Assembly (NCBI RefSeq): GCF_036321535.1
Contig: NC_087437.1
Coordinates: 82,028,001 to 82,092,000 of the forward strand
Direction: 5' to 3'
Length of the DNA stretch: 64,000 bases
DNA from: Camelus dromedarius
Taxonomy: Eukaryota
A model generated the notes under the pieces. It was not told the origin of the DNA. It did no database searches and saw nothing but the letters and a program-made list of their open reading frames with translations. Positions within the stretch are counted from its first letter, which is position 1. Each line of letters starts with the position of its first letter. A program made the position numbers and the translations under genes. Below are positions 1 to 13,035 of this stretch, one piece after another.

Positions 1-239
1 TAACAAGCTACCTAACATGAGAATCTGCAGCCCAAATTTATACTACCTGAGTGATCCAAAAGCAAAACAAAAAAACCCAAAAAACCCTGGGCCTAAAGAC
101 TCTAGGCTGAAAATACCGCTGGTGCAATTGGCAAAAACAAATGCAAATTCTCTCTCAAGAAAGCCACCTTCAACCCAGCATTCAAAGAACTCTCACATAT
201 AAAGTTCTAAGATGTATGAGTTCATATTTAAAAAATCCA

Positions 240-2220
240 AAAACAAACTAGAAAATAAAGCACAATGATTGAAAGCCAGAGAAATCAGAAATAGAACTGC
301 TGATATTTAAAGACCTCAGATAAATCACCAGACAGCACGTAAAACATATTTAGTAAGTTAAAGATAAAAAAGGAGAATGAAATTTCTAGTTAAAAGAGTA
401 ACAGACTATAAAATGTCAAACAAATTAGGGGAAAACATTTTTGGAAATGAAAACTGTAACTATAGACCAGCAATGAGAATTAGTGAACAGGAAGAAAACT
501 CTGAAGAAATAATAAAATGTAGCCTGAAGAGCTAAAGTTATGGAACAAGTGAAAGAGAAGTTAAGGGATATGAAGAACAGACTAAGAAGGTCTAACAAAT
601 GTCTAAGTTTTAAAAGGTAAGGAGAGAAAAAGTTATTCAGAAGCCATATTTGACAAGTTAACAGCAGCTGAAAATTTTCTAGAACTGAGGAAAGACACTG
701 ATTCACATATAAAGGAATCTCAGTGAAACCCATAAAAGATAAAATAAAGAAGCCTATACTTACTATATCATAATGAAATGACAGAATAGCAAAGACAAAG
801 GGAAAATCATAAAAGTAGCCAGAGAGAAAAGGCATGACAATTAGACTGCTGACTGACTTTTCAACAGTAACATGGGAAGCCAGAAGTCAGTGGGATAATA
901 ACTTTAATGTGCTGACAGAAATGGTGCCAACTTATAGGTCTATAAGCAGTAAAAATCTTCCTAAGAACAAAGGTTAAAAAAAAAGACAAATTCAGATAAA
1001 TAAAAAGAGAGAATGTGCTGTGCAAAAAGCAAATTTCAACTAAAGGAACTTCAAAAGTATGTATTTAGACTGAAGGAAAGTGATCCCAGATGGAAGTCTG
1101 GAAAAAAGAACAAATAATGAGCAAAGAAAGTGGTAAGCGCATTGGTACATCTAAACCAACATTGATTAAAAGAACAACAATAGGTGATGATAATATTTTG
1201 TGGTATTTAAAAAAGAACTAAAATATATTTCAACAATAACATATAAATTGGGAGGGTATGCTCAGAGTTAAAGTGTTCTGAGGTCCTTAAAGTTTTTGGA
1301 GGATTAAAATACTGATTAGCTTTAGACTCTGATCATTTAACTTGTAAGAATTTAGAGGCTAATTAATTCCTAATAGGATAGGCATAGTGTCTAACTTCCC
1401 AAGTAGAGAGGGAGAAAATGAATAAAAATAAAATCCAAACAGCAGCAAAAAAGTGGTAAAAAACAGAACCATCAAATAAGATGACAAAATAAAATCCAAA
1501 TACATCAGTAATCACTGTAATACAGACTAAACGTTCATGTTAAAAGACAAAGATTGTCAGACTAGATTAAAACAATTCTAAGAAGAATAATTCCCAACTA
1601 CATGCTGTTTGTGACTCACTGAAACATTAAGAATATAACAAAACTGAAAGTAAAAGGTTGGACATTATCAGGCAACCACTAACCAAGAGAAACTACTGTT
1701 AGTATGAGACAAAAGAGACTTTAAGGTAGAAAGCATCTATAAAGAGTCATTATATAATGTGAAGAGACTCCATTTCCTAGGAATAGTTATATGCACATAA
1801 AAATTTGGTCTCAAATAAGTAAAGCAAAAATTGACAGAAACACAAGGACAGACTAATCCACCATCACAGTGAAAGACTCCAACATACCTCTCTTAGTCAT
1901 TAATAAATCAAGCAGACAAAAATCAACAAGGTTATGGAATATTTTTAACAGCACAATAAGCAAGCTTTATTTGTATAGAAAATGCTATTCTTAACTCCTA
2001 CAGAATATACATTCTCTTTAAGCTGATAGGGAACTTGTACAAACACTAACCACACAGTGGGACCATAAAGCAAATCTTAATAAACTTCAAAAGGAAGATG
2101 ACGGGCCATATTTTCTGACTATAATGTAATCAGTGACAAAAGCTCTCTCCCCCACCCCAAAATACATGAAATTAAGAAGCACAACTTTAAATAACTCACA
2201 AACCAAAGAGAAAGACAAAA
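240..2220 (+). mobile_element. Old decayed L1 (ORF1 remnant through ORF2 endonuclease region)
   Basis: Very A-rich; atcagtaatcactgtaatacagactaaac...aaaagacaaagattgtcagactagattaaaa resembles the ORF2 start (ISIITLN..KRQRLSDWIK). No intact ORF. Confidence 0.8.
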
Positions 2221-2989
2221 GCCCAGTAAGATCATAGGAAGAAAGGAAACAAATTAAAGTTCTTAGCAGAGCTATTTTTTGTAATGAAATTTATGAACTA
2301 TTAAAACTAACACAATGAAGCCAATCATGGAATTTCTTTCCCTGGAAGATGAAAAGGTGAAGATAGTGTCTGTTTCAACAAAAAGCATTCGGAGAAGGTT
2401 CTCTTCTCAACTTTACCTTCCACAACTCCTTGCTGATAGCTAAGTAGCTAAAACATAAAGAGCCTCCCTCCATTTTCAGCAATGGATGGGACATCACCAA
2501 ACATCATCAAAATAAACCAACAAGCAAGCAAACAAACCAATTCATTTATTCACTCAGTTAGTCAGTCATTCAGATTGAGTTTTGTGTGTTTGTAATATAA
2601 GCCTTGGGAGAGCTCTCCCCAGCTACCAACATTTTCTCTGAGGAGACTCTCTGATAAATCATAATTACTTGTCAAGTAAACAGTTCAAGAGAGCCACTCT
2701 TTCAGCAGTCATCCTAATATTTAATAAGATTAAAAGAAATTCTCTTACTTAAGTAAAACATTATATATCTATTTTATTTTGATTCTCAGAAAAGACCTTT
2801 CAAATTCAATAGGAGCTGCTCCACACACTCACTTGTCCAAAGATTGTACCCAAAAGCAGCATTAACATATGAATATACAACAAGGTTGAAGTACACCTAA
2901 TTCTACTTCATATGCACATTGCACTTCGATATGCAAGTGAAAAGGAACTTTCTAACAATGCTATGATTCACTTAAAACTGCTTTCAGTC

Positions 2990-3540
2990 TATTACTCAAC
3001 TATTCAAAAGTTGCCAGTGGCACCCTACTGTCTACACAACATTAAATTAAAACCCAAATCCCACTGCTTGAATTTTAAGAGTCATATATAGTCTGGCCCC
3101 ACCCTATGTGACCACCCTCTCCTCCAGCGTTGCAATATCTACCACTTGCACAACTGTCTGCAGAGGCCCAGTGGGAATAGAATAGAAAATGCTATTCTAA
3201 ACATGGGCCAATGACTCCAGTCAATCCAGGGTCCCTTTGCTCTCCCACTATCCTTCCTGGAATTACTCACCCTTCAAGGTCCAGGTGAACTTTATCTTCT
3301 ATTATGAAGACCTCCCAGATATTTCTAAGCCTAACTGACATTTTTGTAAAAATTCTTACTTCACCAAATCCAGCATCCCAATATAATATTTATTGTTTTT
3401 TGGCTTTTGTTCACGTGTTTGTTCAATCTACCAATCAAAATCTGGTCATGGTCATGCTTTATACTTTCTGCCCCACTCACCGTGAACTCAGCACAGTAAT
3501 AAATACACACAGAAGGTGCTCAGCAAATAGTTGCTGAGCG
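2990..3540 (+). mobile_element. L2 3' fragment
   Basis: Pyrimidine-rich L2-like body ending agcacagtaat...ggtgctcagcaaatagttgctga. Confidence 0.65.
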
Positions 3541-5919
3541 TCTCTTGAAAGAATATAGTAGATGCAGACCAGGCCTAACTTCTGTATACTTATAAATCAT
3601 CATCATCACACACATAGTATTAGTATTCCCTTTGAATATCCCTCTTCCTTCAATTTAGATCTACTCAGTTCCATTCCAGTGAGCAAATATTATGAACAAA
3701 GGTGAAATTTTTTCAAGAATTTCAATCATATTGTCTCACTGGCCTTTTCATCCTCTCAAAAGCATAAAAAAATTTAAATATTGTACATGTGAAAGCCATG
3801 CATCAGCTGCCAATGCCTCTCCCACCCATCCTGTTATTAACATAATGGCATAAATGACTGATGATAATTCTCAAGCACAAAACATGCGATTAGTTGTTGA
3901 AGGTCACCATGACTGGGTAAAAAGATCACACATTTAGCCCTTGGGAAGTAGATTTCCATTCCTGATTTAAAATTGAATTTCATTTTTCTTCATTTCCTCT
4001 TGTAGTTGTTAGTTAGCATATGTAAAAGCCTGAATGTGTACCTGTGGGTGTCTCTGTGTGTGGTTTTGAGCAGAGAGGAGGAAAGAAAGGAGAGTTAGAC
4101 ATCTGTTCCACAAGGTTTTAGCAAATGATAGCCATAGACAGAGGAAGGAAGGATGGATGGATGGATGGATAGAGTTTGATTTTAACCAAAAGTCACTGAG
4201 CACCTCTCAGAGGTGAAGTGAGACTTCAGCCATTTTCATATTTTGAGTCTACTGATAATTAGCAATCTTATGATAGACATTGTGGCATCACTAGGGCAAG
4301 AGTCATTCATGGTAACTGAAAGTTGATTCTATGCATTTCAAAACTCAAATGGATCAGTTTTCATTAGAATTGATTATGTTTTAAAAGAAATCAGCTCTAT
4401 TTTAAGTTATATTTTGCCAAGAGGCAACTGTTAGGCCATAGCTGTTTTTATTCCTCAAGTCCTCAGGCTATCAGAGTACTATCATGTTGACATTTTCCCC
4501 ACTTGCACGATTAAATACACCCTCAGAGGAAAATTTCCCTAGCAAAGAATATTTGTGATCAAGGAAATTAAAGAAACTTGATTAAATGGAAGAAAGAATA
4601 GTTTCCAGATCAAGACTTAATCAGTATTACATTGTACAAGGCCAAAATCTATCACCTCAAGTAGCATCCCATAGCATCCTGTGCATGTATTTGCCTCCAC
4701 AGATATGAAATAAATGGCACATAAAATGAACCAAAAGCTAACAGTTAATGAGTGCAAGTAGTGTATACATGATCATCATTCCTTTCTCCTGCTGGATCCA
4801 AAACACTTCTTTCCTCATTTATCAGGTTTGTGGAATGCCCATTCTGGGCAGGGTATTGGGCTAGTCCTGATACAGAATCTCATAAAACGGGAAGGAGGTT
4901 TAAGACATCAAGGTAGAGTGCTGGGGAGCGTAATCACCACACAGTAGGTTCTGAATAAATGACAATTCCTTTCCCTTCCCTTACCACTCCTTAAATTTTC
5001 TTTGAGATACGAAACTTCAGTCAGAGGGATCTTGAGAATATATTTGATAAGATTTTTAAGTCCATGTCATAATCTGAAAAGATAAAGAACTTACAGATTC
5101 AGAAGTTGGCAATATATTGAAAACAGTTTCAAACATAGCATGCTAGGATTTTAAGTATACCTTTCAATATGGTTTCTATGACTGTTACTGATGTTTTAAT
5201 GCTTACAGTGCCATAAATAATTAGAGAGAGAGAAGACAGGAAGGAAGAAAGAGAAGAAGGGAGGGAAGAGAAGAGAAAAGAGAGAGAGAAGAAATGGTAC
5301 AAGGTACAAACACTTTAAGAGTTTTGCGGTAGAAAAGGCACCACATACTGGCCTGAGCTCTGCCCCAACAGCATATCCCTGAACAGACTACTGCACAGCC
5401 TGAGTTTCAGTTATATAAACAATAAGATGAGGGAAACTGACCAGATGATCTCCAAGATCCATTCTCACTCTACCATCCCATAGTGCAAGCCTAATGACCT
5501 ATAGGCGGCAGATAAGAAAGATACAAAGTTCTATGACTTCATGTTAGTACTGTTTGTCCCGTAAGACCAAATCCTACTACAAGACTTTTAGTGTGATTTC
5601 TACCAGAGGTTGCTGAAGTCAGTCTGCAGTTCAAACCCTGGTGCCACTCTTTACTTGCTCTGTGATCCTGTATAGATAATTCACCTCTCTGTTCCTCAGC
5701 TATCTCTCCCACAGGGTCATTATGTGTCTCAAAGTTGATACTGTATGTGAAGTATACAGTTCTTGGCACCTATTATGCAGTAAATGTGTTACACATTATT
5801 GTCGTTATTATAACAAAGATATAAACAAAATCAGCATAGGACAGAAGTGATTAACCGAGATTATCACAGGAACAGTGCATGATGAAAATACTTAGGTGTG
5901 TGGTTGTTCATTAGGAAGC

Positions 5920-6380
5920 TGGTGATCAGTAAGCTCGATGGCACAGCAGTCTGATGTGGTTGCCTAAAATGCCAAGAAAACTTACATTTACAGGCACACA
6001 CAGAGTCTGTAAGTCTATAAAGAGGAAGACAATCCTGATGTGTGGAAGTAATTTGTTCACCAAACTTTAAGACACATGGTGTGAAAGGATTCAGATTATA
6101 TCAGATAGGAACAACTGAAGATTCAGGACAAACTGTCTTCAAATATTTAAAAAGCTGTCATGTCAAAGCAATGCATTTGTTCAATATGGTGCCATGGAAA
6201 GACCAGGAACAGTCAGTGGAAGCAACAAATCCCTGAAACTGTTCAGCTCTTACTAATGACAACTGGACTGTGCATGCACCAACTCCTGGGAAAGAAGCTG
6301 AAATTCTCACGTGGGAGAGATTTCAATCGAAGGGTGAACACAAGACTTTTGACCTCCCTTCCAAACCTGTATTTTATGAT
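5920..6380 (+). mobile_element. CR1/L3 3' fragment
   Basis: cagcagtctgatgtggttgcctaaaatgcc, aactgtcttcaaatatttaaaaagctgtcatgt, and end cccttccaaacctgtattttatgat. Confidence 0.65.
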
Positions 6381-8199
6381 GTAGATTGGATGCTTTGCTT
6401 AGTAACAAATTATAATAGGATTTCTCCTGTACAGAATAACCAGTTGGCAAGCACAGAAGACAATGGTGTTAAATGATAACACAGAATTAATATTAAACAT
6501 TCAGATCTCTCCATTAAATTTTTGACCAGAGTTGCCAACCCATGACCAATCTTGATGACCTGAGTTGACTACCAGCAATAAACAAATGCAAGAAAAATAC
6601 TGCATTTTTAATATATAAAAGTGGATAACTAGCTCATTAATGTTCCAAATTAGTTCTGTGGTTAGTATAAACCTAGACACATTACACTAACATTAATTAG
6701 AATTTCAGACACATTCTTTTTGACAGTTATAGTCACATTCTTTAAGTCATTTTTTTATTTTTCATGTTTCCCAACAGAGACATGCAGACTCATAAAACAT
6801 AGTAGCTAGATCACCAAAGTCTGACCTTGGGGCAAGTCCTTTAACCTGAGCTCCAATTATCTCATCTATTTAAAAAGGGAGAACAAAGAGTGGCAATAAG
6901 TACAGTAGATGTCTTCTAAGGTCTTTTATACTTGAAAATGTGATTTTATGAAATGATCACCCTTCCTAATAAAACTCAAAGTGCATTTCTTATTTCTTAA
7001 TTTATTCATCATTTTTTCCAGTGAAGACATCATTAGCGATAATGCAGGCAAGTGAAGCATATAGTCTAACACCACCATTGACTACTCTATGAGATAGTTT
7101 TATTCTGTCATTCTGAGGTTTGGAGTAAGTTGTGTGACTGAGGGAAAGGATATTACAACTAGAAGCCACCTTCACATCAAGCAATAATCGATCATAAATA
7201 TAATAGACAAAGCAGAATCGGGGATAGGAGGGAAGATTATAAAATGCCTCTTTCATAAAAACAATCTTAGAATGAACCATTTTACTCTTACTTTAACTTC
7301 CTAAATGCTTTATTTCCTTAGGCCTTCTACATCCATTACAATGAGCTATGTGATTAAAAGTTTATCCTCATGTATTGTTATATTTGAGTTTCCAATGATA
7401 AAAGAAAACATAAAAATTCAACTCACTCCTCTGTTTTACCCTTAGTTGGCCAATTATTCCAATGACATTCTAAACTGTTTCAATGATTTCCAACTAAAAA
7501 ATCTGTTCAATTGTACTTTGAACCCACAGGTCTCCCTCTATAAAGAGTTAGCTTGAAATCAAGCTCTATGACTATACAGAAAAACCTGTCAGTGGTTTCT
7601 TTAAAGATGCATTCTTAAAAAAGACATGGAGTACAAACTCGTTGACAAAGTCCCTTTAAAAAATGGACTGAACAAAGTATCAAGAACAATCTGTTCTGGC
7701 AAGTGACAAAGAAGATGACCTAATAGGTCTTTTCCGTCTAATTTCTGTGATTTGAGGGTTTTTTTCTTTTTTTTACTCCTGCAGCAATACTTTTGAGTTC
7801 AACAACTTTTCAAAACTATTATTAGTTACCAAGGAAACACAAATGTTTGCAGGAATAAATAAGCAAATGGACTGGACCTAAATAGCAGGGTTTTCCTGCT
7901 TCCCATTTAATAATCTTATGGTGGTGTAATATAATCAATCCTTCATTCTCTCCAAGTCATTCTGCTCACCTACTGGGATGCTCACTAGAGTCCCATAGCC
8001 AACTCACAGCATCCCATGTAAACCAAGAACAGAAGGTCTCTGATCAACAGAAGAGTCTTCATTGAATAGACCTCCTTGTTTCACTTATTGAAGAACAAAA
8101 ACCATGACAATGTCAATGGGATAGCAGGTAGTGGTTAGCTTTGTGATCACTATTTCTAGAGAAAATATGCAAACATATGCTCTTAAATGACCCAACGTC

Positions 8200-8445
8200 T
8201 ACAGAAAAGCCAAGAACATAAAATATATATAATAAAGGTAAAAACACAATATACACATATGAACCACAGTATGAATGCAATCGTGCTTTACAAATGCTTA
8301 GAAAAGACTAAAAGGAAATACAGTACATGGAATTGTTAATAGTTGTCAGTATTTATGTGGTAGGACTAGTTGTAAAATGTCTTTTTGACTTTCCTGCGTT
8401 TTCCAAATTATGATATGGGCACTGAACTATTTTTAAATTAACTTT
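8200..8445 (+). mobile_element. Old L1ME-like 3' end
   Basis: agaaaagactaaaaggaaatacagtacatggaattgttaatagttg...ttttccaaatt. Confidence 0.55.
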
Positions 8446-9653
8446 AAAGCCACAAAATATCATTCGTTTTAATGTTAATAAAGGGGTTTCCATTCCCTAA
8501 TATCACCACTAACACTGTTGCTGTAATCAGCCCAAGATAACTCTCAAGGGTATTGGTCCCTTTCTAAAATCAAAGTCAGAGGAAGTATGAATAGGAATAA
8601 CTGAAGAGCCTTTGGAAACTTCAAGGACTATGGAGGCCTGGGACAGAAGATTTGGGCTGTAGATAAGGATCCATATGTAAATTCAAGTTCACTGCAGCCC
8701 ATTAACTGCTGGTGTGAAGTTCTCAGTGCATATCTCAGTGCACAGGCATTTATGTGTACAGAGCTAGGCAGATACCACTTGGGAAATAAAAAGAAGAGTA
8801 AAAGGAAGAGGTTGGTTGGAAAACTGACTGTCCTTGGCATGGAGAGGAGATGCTTTTACCCTCAGACTTTCCTTTTTGCTCCACATCCCACAGTTGCCCA
8901 CCTGTGGTGCTCAGTCCCTTCAGTCTTCCTCCCAAACTGTGTGGCAGCAAAGAGATCAGCATCACATTCATGGCAGGCTTGCCCAATGCTCAGAGGCAGT
9001 CATTTCTCCAGAATGCTGCCGATGAGGTGTTAGAATGTCTGAGGCAGAATGCCTTAGCACCAAAGGCTCACTCTCTGGCCAATCCAACTGCAGCCTGATG
9101 CAATGCAAAACCACAGCATTCTGCCTCTTCCCCTGCCACCCGGAATCTGTACCCACTCTGTTCAGCTTCTCATACAGGACCATGCCTACAATAAGAATTA
9201 TTGCTTTTCTTTGCATGTTATAGTGTTTCCACATATTTTCTTTTACAGAGGCAAACCTACCACATTCAAAGAGTGTTGTTACCATCCCACAGGTGGTATT
9301 ACCCATACTTTTCAGATGACAGCCTGTAGTAGAGAGCAGTGCACATCACCCCTTACCTAATGAAAGAACCAACAGTGAAAACTGGGCAGCTGCAGGAAAG
9401 GTTCAGTTCATTATGAATACTGCTTCTCTGGCACTTAAATTTAGATGGCTAAAAGACTCCACCAGTCACAAGAAGAAACATAAGCAGGGAGATAGGACAA
9501 GAAAGAAAACAAGAGCAGTCACTTCATAAAGAGAAACTGGCTCTGACATTTTTAGTAACATGTTAATAACATTTTAAAACAGTTAAATAATGATGACACT
9601 GTGGACATTACTAGTAACACCGGTTGCTTGGGCCATTGTAATAACCTTCTGGC

Positions 9654-9736
9654 ATTAGTCTGAACCATGGGAAACTGCTAATATTCAACTGTTTTTGACC
9701 ATTTAACAAAAGTGACTTTATACAGTTCAGTCAAAT
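9654..9736. mobile_element. MADE2-like Mariner MITE
   Basis: attagtctgaaccatgggaaactgctaatattcaactgtttttgacc...tttatacagttcagtcaaat, an ~80-bp imperfect inverted repeat. Confidence 0.55.
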
Positions 9737-10589
9737 CAATACATCCTACTTTCCAGCCTTGTTGCTTACAAACGCTTCTTCCACATTAGAAAGCAATTAG
9801 CTTGGTAGATCATTTCTAAATGACAAAGCTACTGCTGAATTAGATCATAAATTCAGATTACTAGCTGTAGAAAGGACTCTAACTTGTAGGTATCCTTATT
9901 TGTAAGAAATTCCTGATTATAAAATTAGAAAAATCATATAGCAATTGAACAGTAAAATTTTCAGTAAAAGAGGAAATCAAATTTTCTCATCAAGATTGAG
10001 GCACAATGGTCATAATTCTGTTCTTTTTATAATAAGTATATGCCAGAAGCTAAGGGAACAAAAATTACAAAGCAAAGAGAATATTGGTAGGAAGAGGGAA
10101 GGAAAAAAAAGTCTACTCATTAATTCACGTGGCCAATGGAGCACAATGCCAATGGCTGGCTGAGTTTGCGATACAAGACCCAGGGTACCCTTGTGTCACT
10201 GAGAAAAAGATTTCCCTTCTTAATAAAGAGTCCCCTTCTTCAAGACCCTTGACTTTCATCTGTCAGAAAACTGTTAAAATATTCTAACTTTGTTAGAATA
10301 AGACATGTTGCCAACATCCTCAAGAAAACTGTCTTAGTAAATATACAAATCCACAATGTCTTCAATGTAAATGACACTCCCTAGAGTTATTCAGTGCACA
10401 ATCGGGGTAGCTCTGACGTGCAGCCTATGAAGAGGGTAAGTCTTGGTTTTCCTAGTTCAATATTCAATCTGGAAAATAAAGATACAAACTTCTCAATTAA
10501 ATCAGAAAACTTTTTTTTTACTAACAACTCCTCTGAGAGATTCTGAGCAAAACATTACGAGAAGATGACTACGGCTGTATATATAAACA

Positions 10590-10794
10590 CCAGTTCAAAT
10601 CCCTGCTTTCATTACCTCACTAGCAGTATGACCTTGGTCAAGCAATTTTACCCTTCCAAATGTGTTTTGTCATCTGAAAAGTATGGGTAATACCACCTCA
10701 AAATGTGTTGCGCAGATTAAACGATGGAAGCATGTACAGCACTAGGCACAGTGACGGCTATGAACTAGAACCTCAACAAATGAGATTTATCATT
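10590..10794 (+). mobile_element. MIR SINE
   Basis: gttcaaatccc...actagcagtatgaccttggtcaag...tcatctgaaaa MIR core and tail. Confidence 0.75.
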
Positions 10795-12864
10795 GGTTCC
10801 TAAAGAGACTGGTTACATACCATGACCTTGGAGCGCTGAGTCATAGCTGAGTCACAGACCAGTGCTTTGGGGAGTAACACAGCATAGGCAAAGAACACAA
10901 GAGCAGGAGTCCTAATCTTTTTTATTTTTGCATCAAAAATCCTAGACAAGTCTTATATCCACTCAACTTCTCTAGTCTTCAGTTACTTCAACTAAAGAAA
11001 AGGAGGAAATAATACTGATCTATTTTACAGGGAAACTGGGACGTCAAAAGCATGAAAATAAATGTAAAGCATTCATGAGTACAAAAAATGGAAGAAAGAC
11101 ATAAAAAGCAGTGCCAAATGTTAGGAAGCCTCTGTATCCATTAGACGGAAAAGGAGGTAGAACAAATTACAAAAATGCTAGCTTTGGGTAAAGGTGCTTT
11201 AAGTTACCAGTTTGGAGCTGAGATTCAGGTGTTTATGCTTCATGCAGCTTTCCTATCAGCCATCTTATCTCATTTGTAATAAATCAAATCTAGCATAAAA
11301 ATCTCAAAGGATATTTAAAAGTACAAGACAAACATAGGAGACTAGAAAAGTTTCAAATACACGTCACAAAAATAAGGTAGAGTTCCCCTTAAAATTAATA
11401 AACCAACATCTAAAATGTTAATACAAATATTAACAAATCAAATATTAAAATTTAAGTTCAGCTGAAGGGTATAGTCATTCACTTCCCTTAAAACAGTATA
11501 TATAAAGAGCAGAGGCTAGTTTAACAGGCTTCTCAGTAGACAGGTAGAGTCATCTAGAAGAAGTGTCAAAGTGAGCACACAGTTTATTAAAGATGATACA
11601 TGTTTATTTTTGTGTCCTGCATCTTTTCTCCACATCATTTTCACTAACTACAAATTCTCTGCAACCAGACTTTCTCCACTCCACACTAGAGAAAAGAAAC
11701 AAGCAGACTATTTGCATTATTCCTGCTTGACAACACATATGGAAACAATAATTCTATAGACATATGTACATCATACCAGGAAGCAACCCTATTTTAATGT
11801 AATTTAAGAAATTAAATAGACTCAAGTTATTTAAACTACTCAATTCATTTGAAGCTCACAAATGAGGCAGCCGTGTCTCTAATTTACTTAGCAGATACAC
11901 ATAGTTGGCTAGGACTTTAGAGATTACTTCTCTTACTGATGTGCAAAGTAATTAGGAGGCTAATTTTCACTTACCAGAAAAAAAGATTTATACAAGTAAA
12001 TCTGCCCCATAGTAAAGGGTAACAGGCTTAATTCAGACATAATTTGGTCAGTTTTTTTTTTTTTCTTCTCATGTCTTTTTTGTTTTATTTTGTGTGCTGG
12101 TAGAAGAGAACAAATGGGTAAAAAAGCTGATTCTAAAGTTCTGCGTTTATACTTTGTTTTGAAAGTACAACACAAAACATTTAATTTCTTTAACAAATAT
12201 CTTCTTTGCCAAATAAACTGATTAGTTGTAACTACTTTCCTTAAAACACAGGCATGTAGAAATGAGGAACGAGAAGGTTCTTTCAGGAAAAGCTGAAAAA
12301 AATAAGATTTCATCTGGCCTTCCCATCATCACTTGAAGAATTGTTTGGTAGTTACATCATCAGGAAATAAAATACTATCCTCTGAGGACCCCTACTCTTT
12401 ACAAAGAGGAAAGAGAAGGTCTGAAGTCTAAATCACCCCAGAGATGTCTCCAAAAAAAGGGGAAAAAAAGAAAGAAAAAGATTTCTGGCTTCCCTCTCCT
12501 GCCTCTGCCTCCCCTCCACCCCCAGGAACCAAAAAAACAAATGTAACAAAAATGTATTTACAAACGTTTAAAAATAAGAATTTCAGGATGTGTATTTAAG
12601 AATCCGAAGCAATAAGAGAAGCTTTAGGGCCCCAGAGGGAGAAAAGTTACAAGTAGATCGCCCATGACCCCCAGTGACTTGGATAGACGGGCAGGAGGGC
12701 GCTGGCTTTCCCGGCCCGCCGCCCAGTCACCTCCGCGGGGAGCCGGGACCCACGGCCCGTTCACACGGTCCGAGCGTCTGCGGAGTCCGGGCGCGCTGCA
12801 GCGCCGCCGCTGCGGGTCTGGCTGTCACCCGCGCCCCCGCCGCCCGCGCCGCACACGCGGAGCG

Positions 12865-12874
12865 CCTTATAAGG
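12865..12874. promoter_or_regulatory. Perfect CArG box (SRF), also TATA-like
   Basis: CCTTATAAGG = CC(A/T)6GG, within the 12-bp palindrome GCCTTATAAGGC in very GC-rich DNA. Confidence 0.8.
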
Positions 12875-12882
12875 CAGCGCAG

Positions 12883-12890
12883 TGACGTAA
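12883..12890. promoter_or_regulatory. CRE/ATF-like site
   Basis: TGACGTAA, 7/8 match to TGACGTCA, 8 bp from the CArG box. Confidence 0.75.
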
Positions 12891-12894
12891 CGCC

Positions 12895-13035
12895 CATAGG
12901 CCGGGCGCGCTCAGCGCCCCGCTCGCATTGTTCGGGCGACTCCCGGAGCGCGCGCAGCCCGCTCGCAGCGCCGCGACTGCGGCCCCCGCCCGGCCCCCGC
13001 CCGGCCCCCGCCCGGCCCCGGCGCAGGCGACTCAG
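12895..13035 (+). other. FILIP1L: Alternative ATG-less first exon of FILIP1L (5' boundary approximate)
   Basis: Donor CAG|GTAAGC at 13035/13036. No ATG lies between the CRE and the donor or in 37632-37746, so splicing to 37632 gives initiation at 37747 (893-aa form). Confidence 0.75.
12980..13020. repeat. 11-bp tandem repeat (CGGCCCCCGCC)x3.7, GC-box array
   Basis: Three exact units at 12980, 12991 and 13002 plus a partial fourth. Confidence 0.9.

Noticed and set aside
425..835. 136-aa hydrophobic minus-strand ORF
   Set aside because: Antisense reading of A-rich decayed L1 sequence.
8628..9360. Cluster of overlapping ORFs on both strands
   Set aside because: No recognisable protein or convincing exon structure; probably reflects locally higher GC content.
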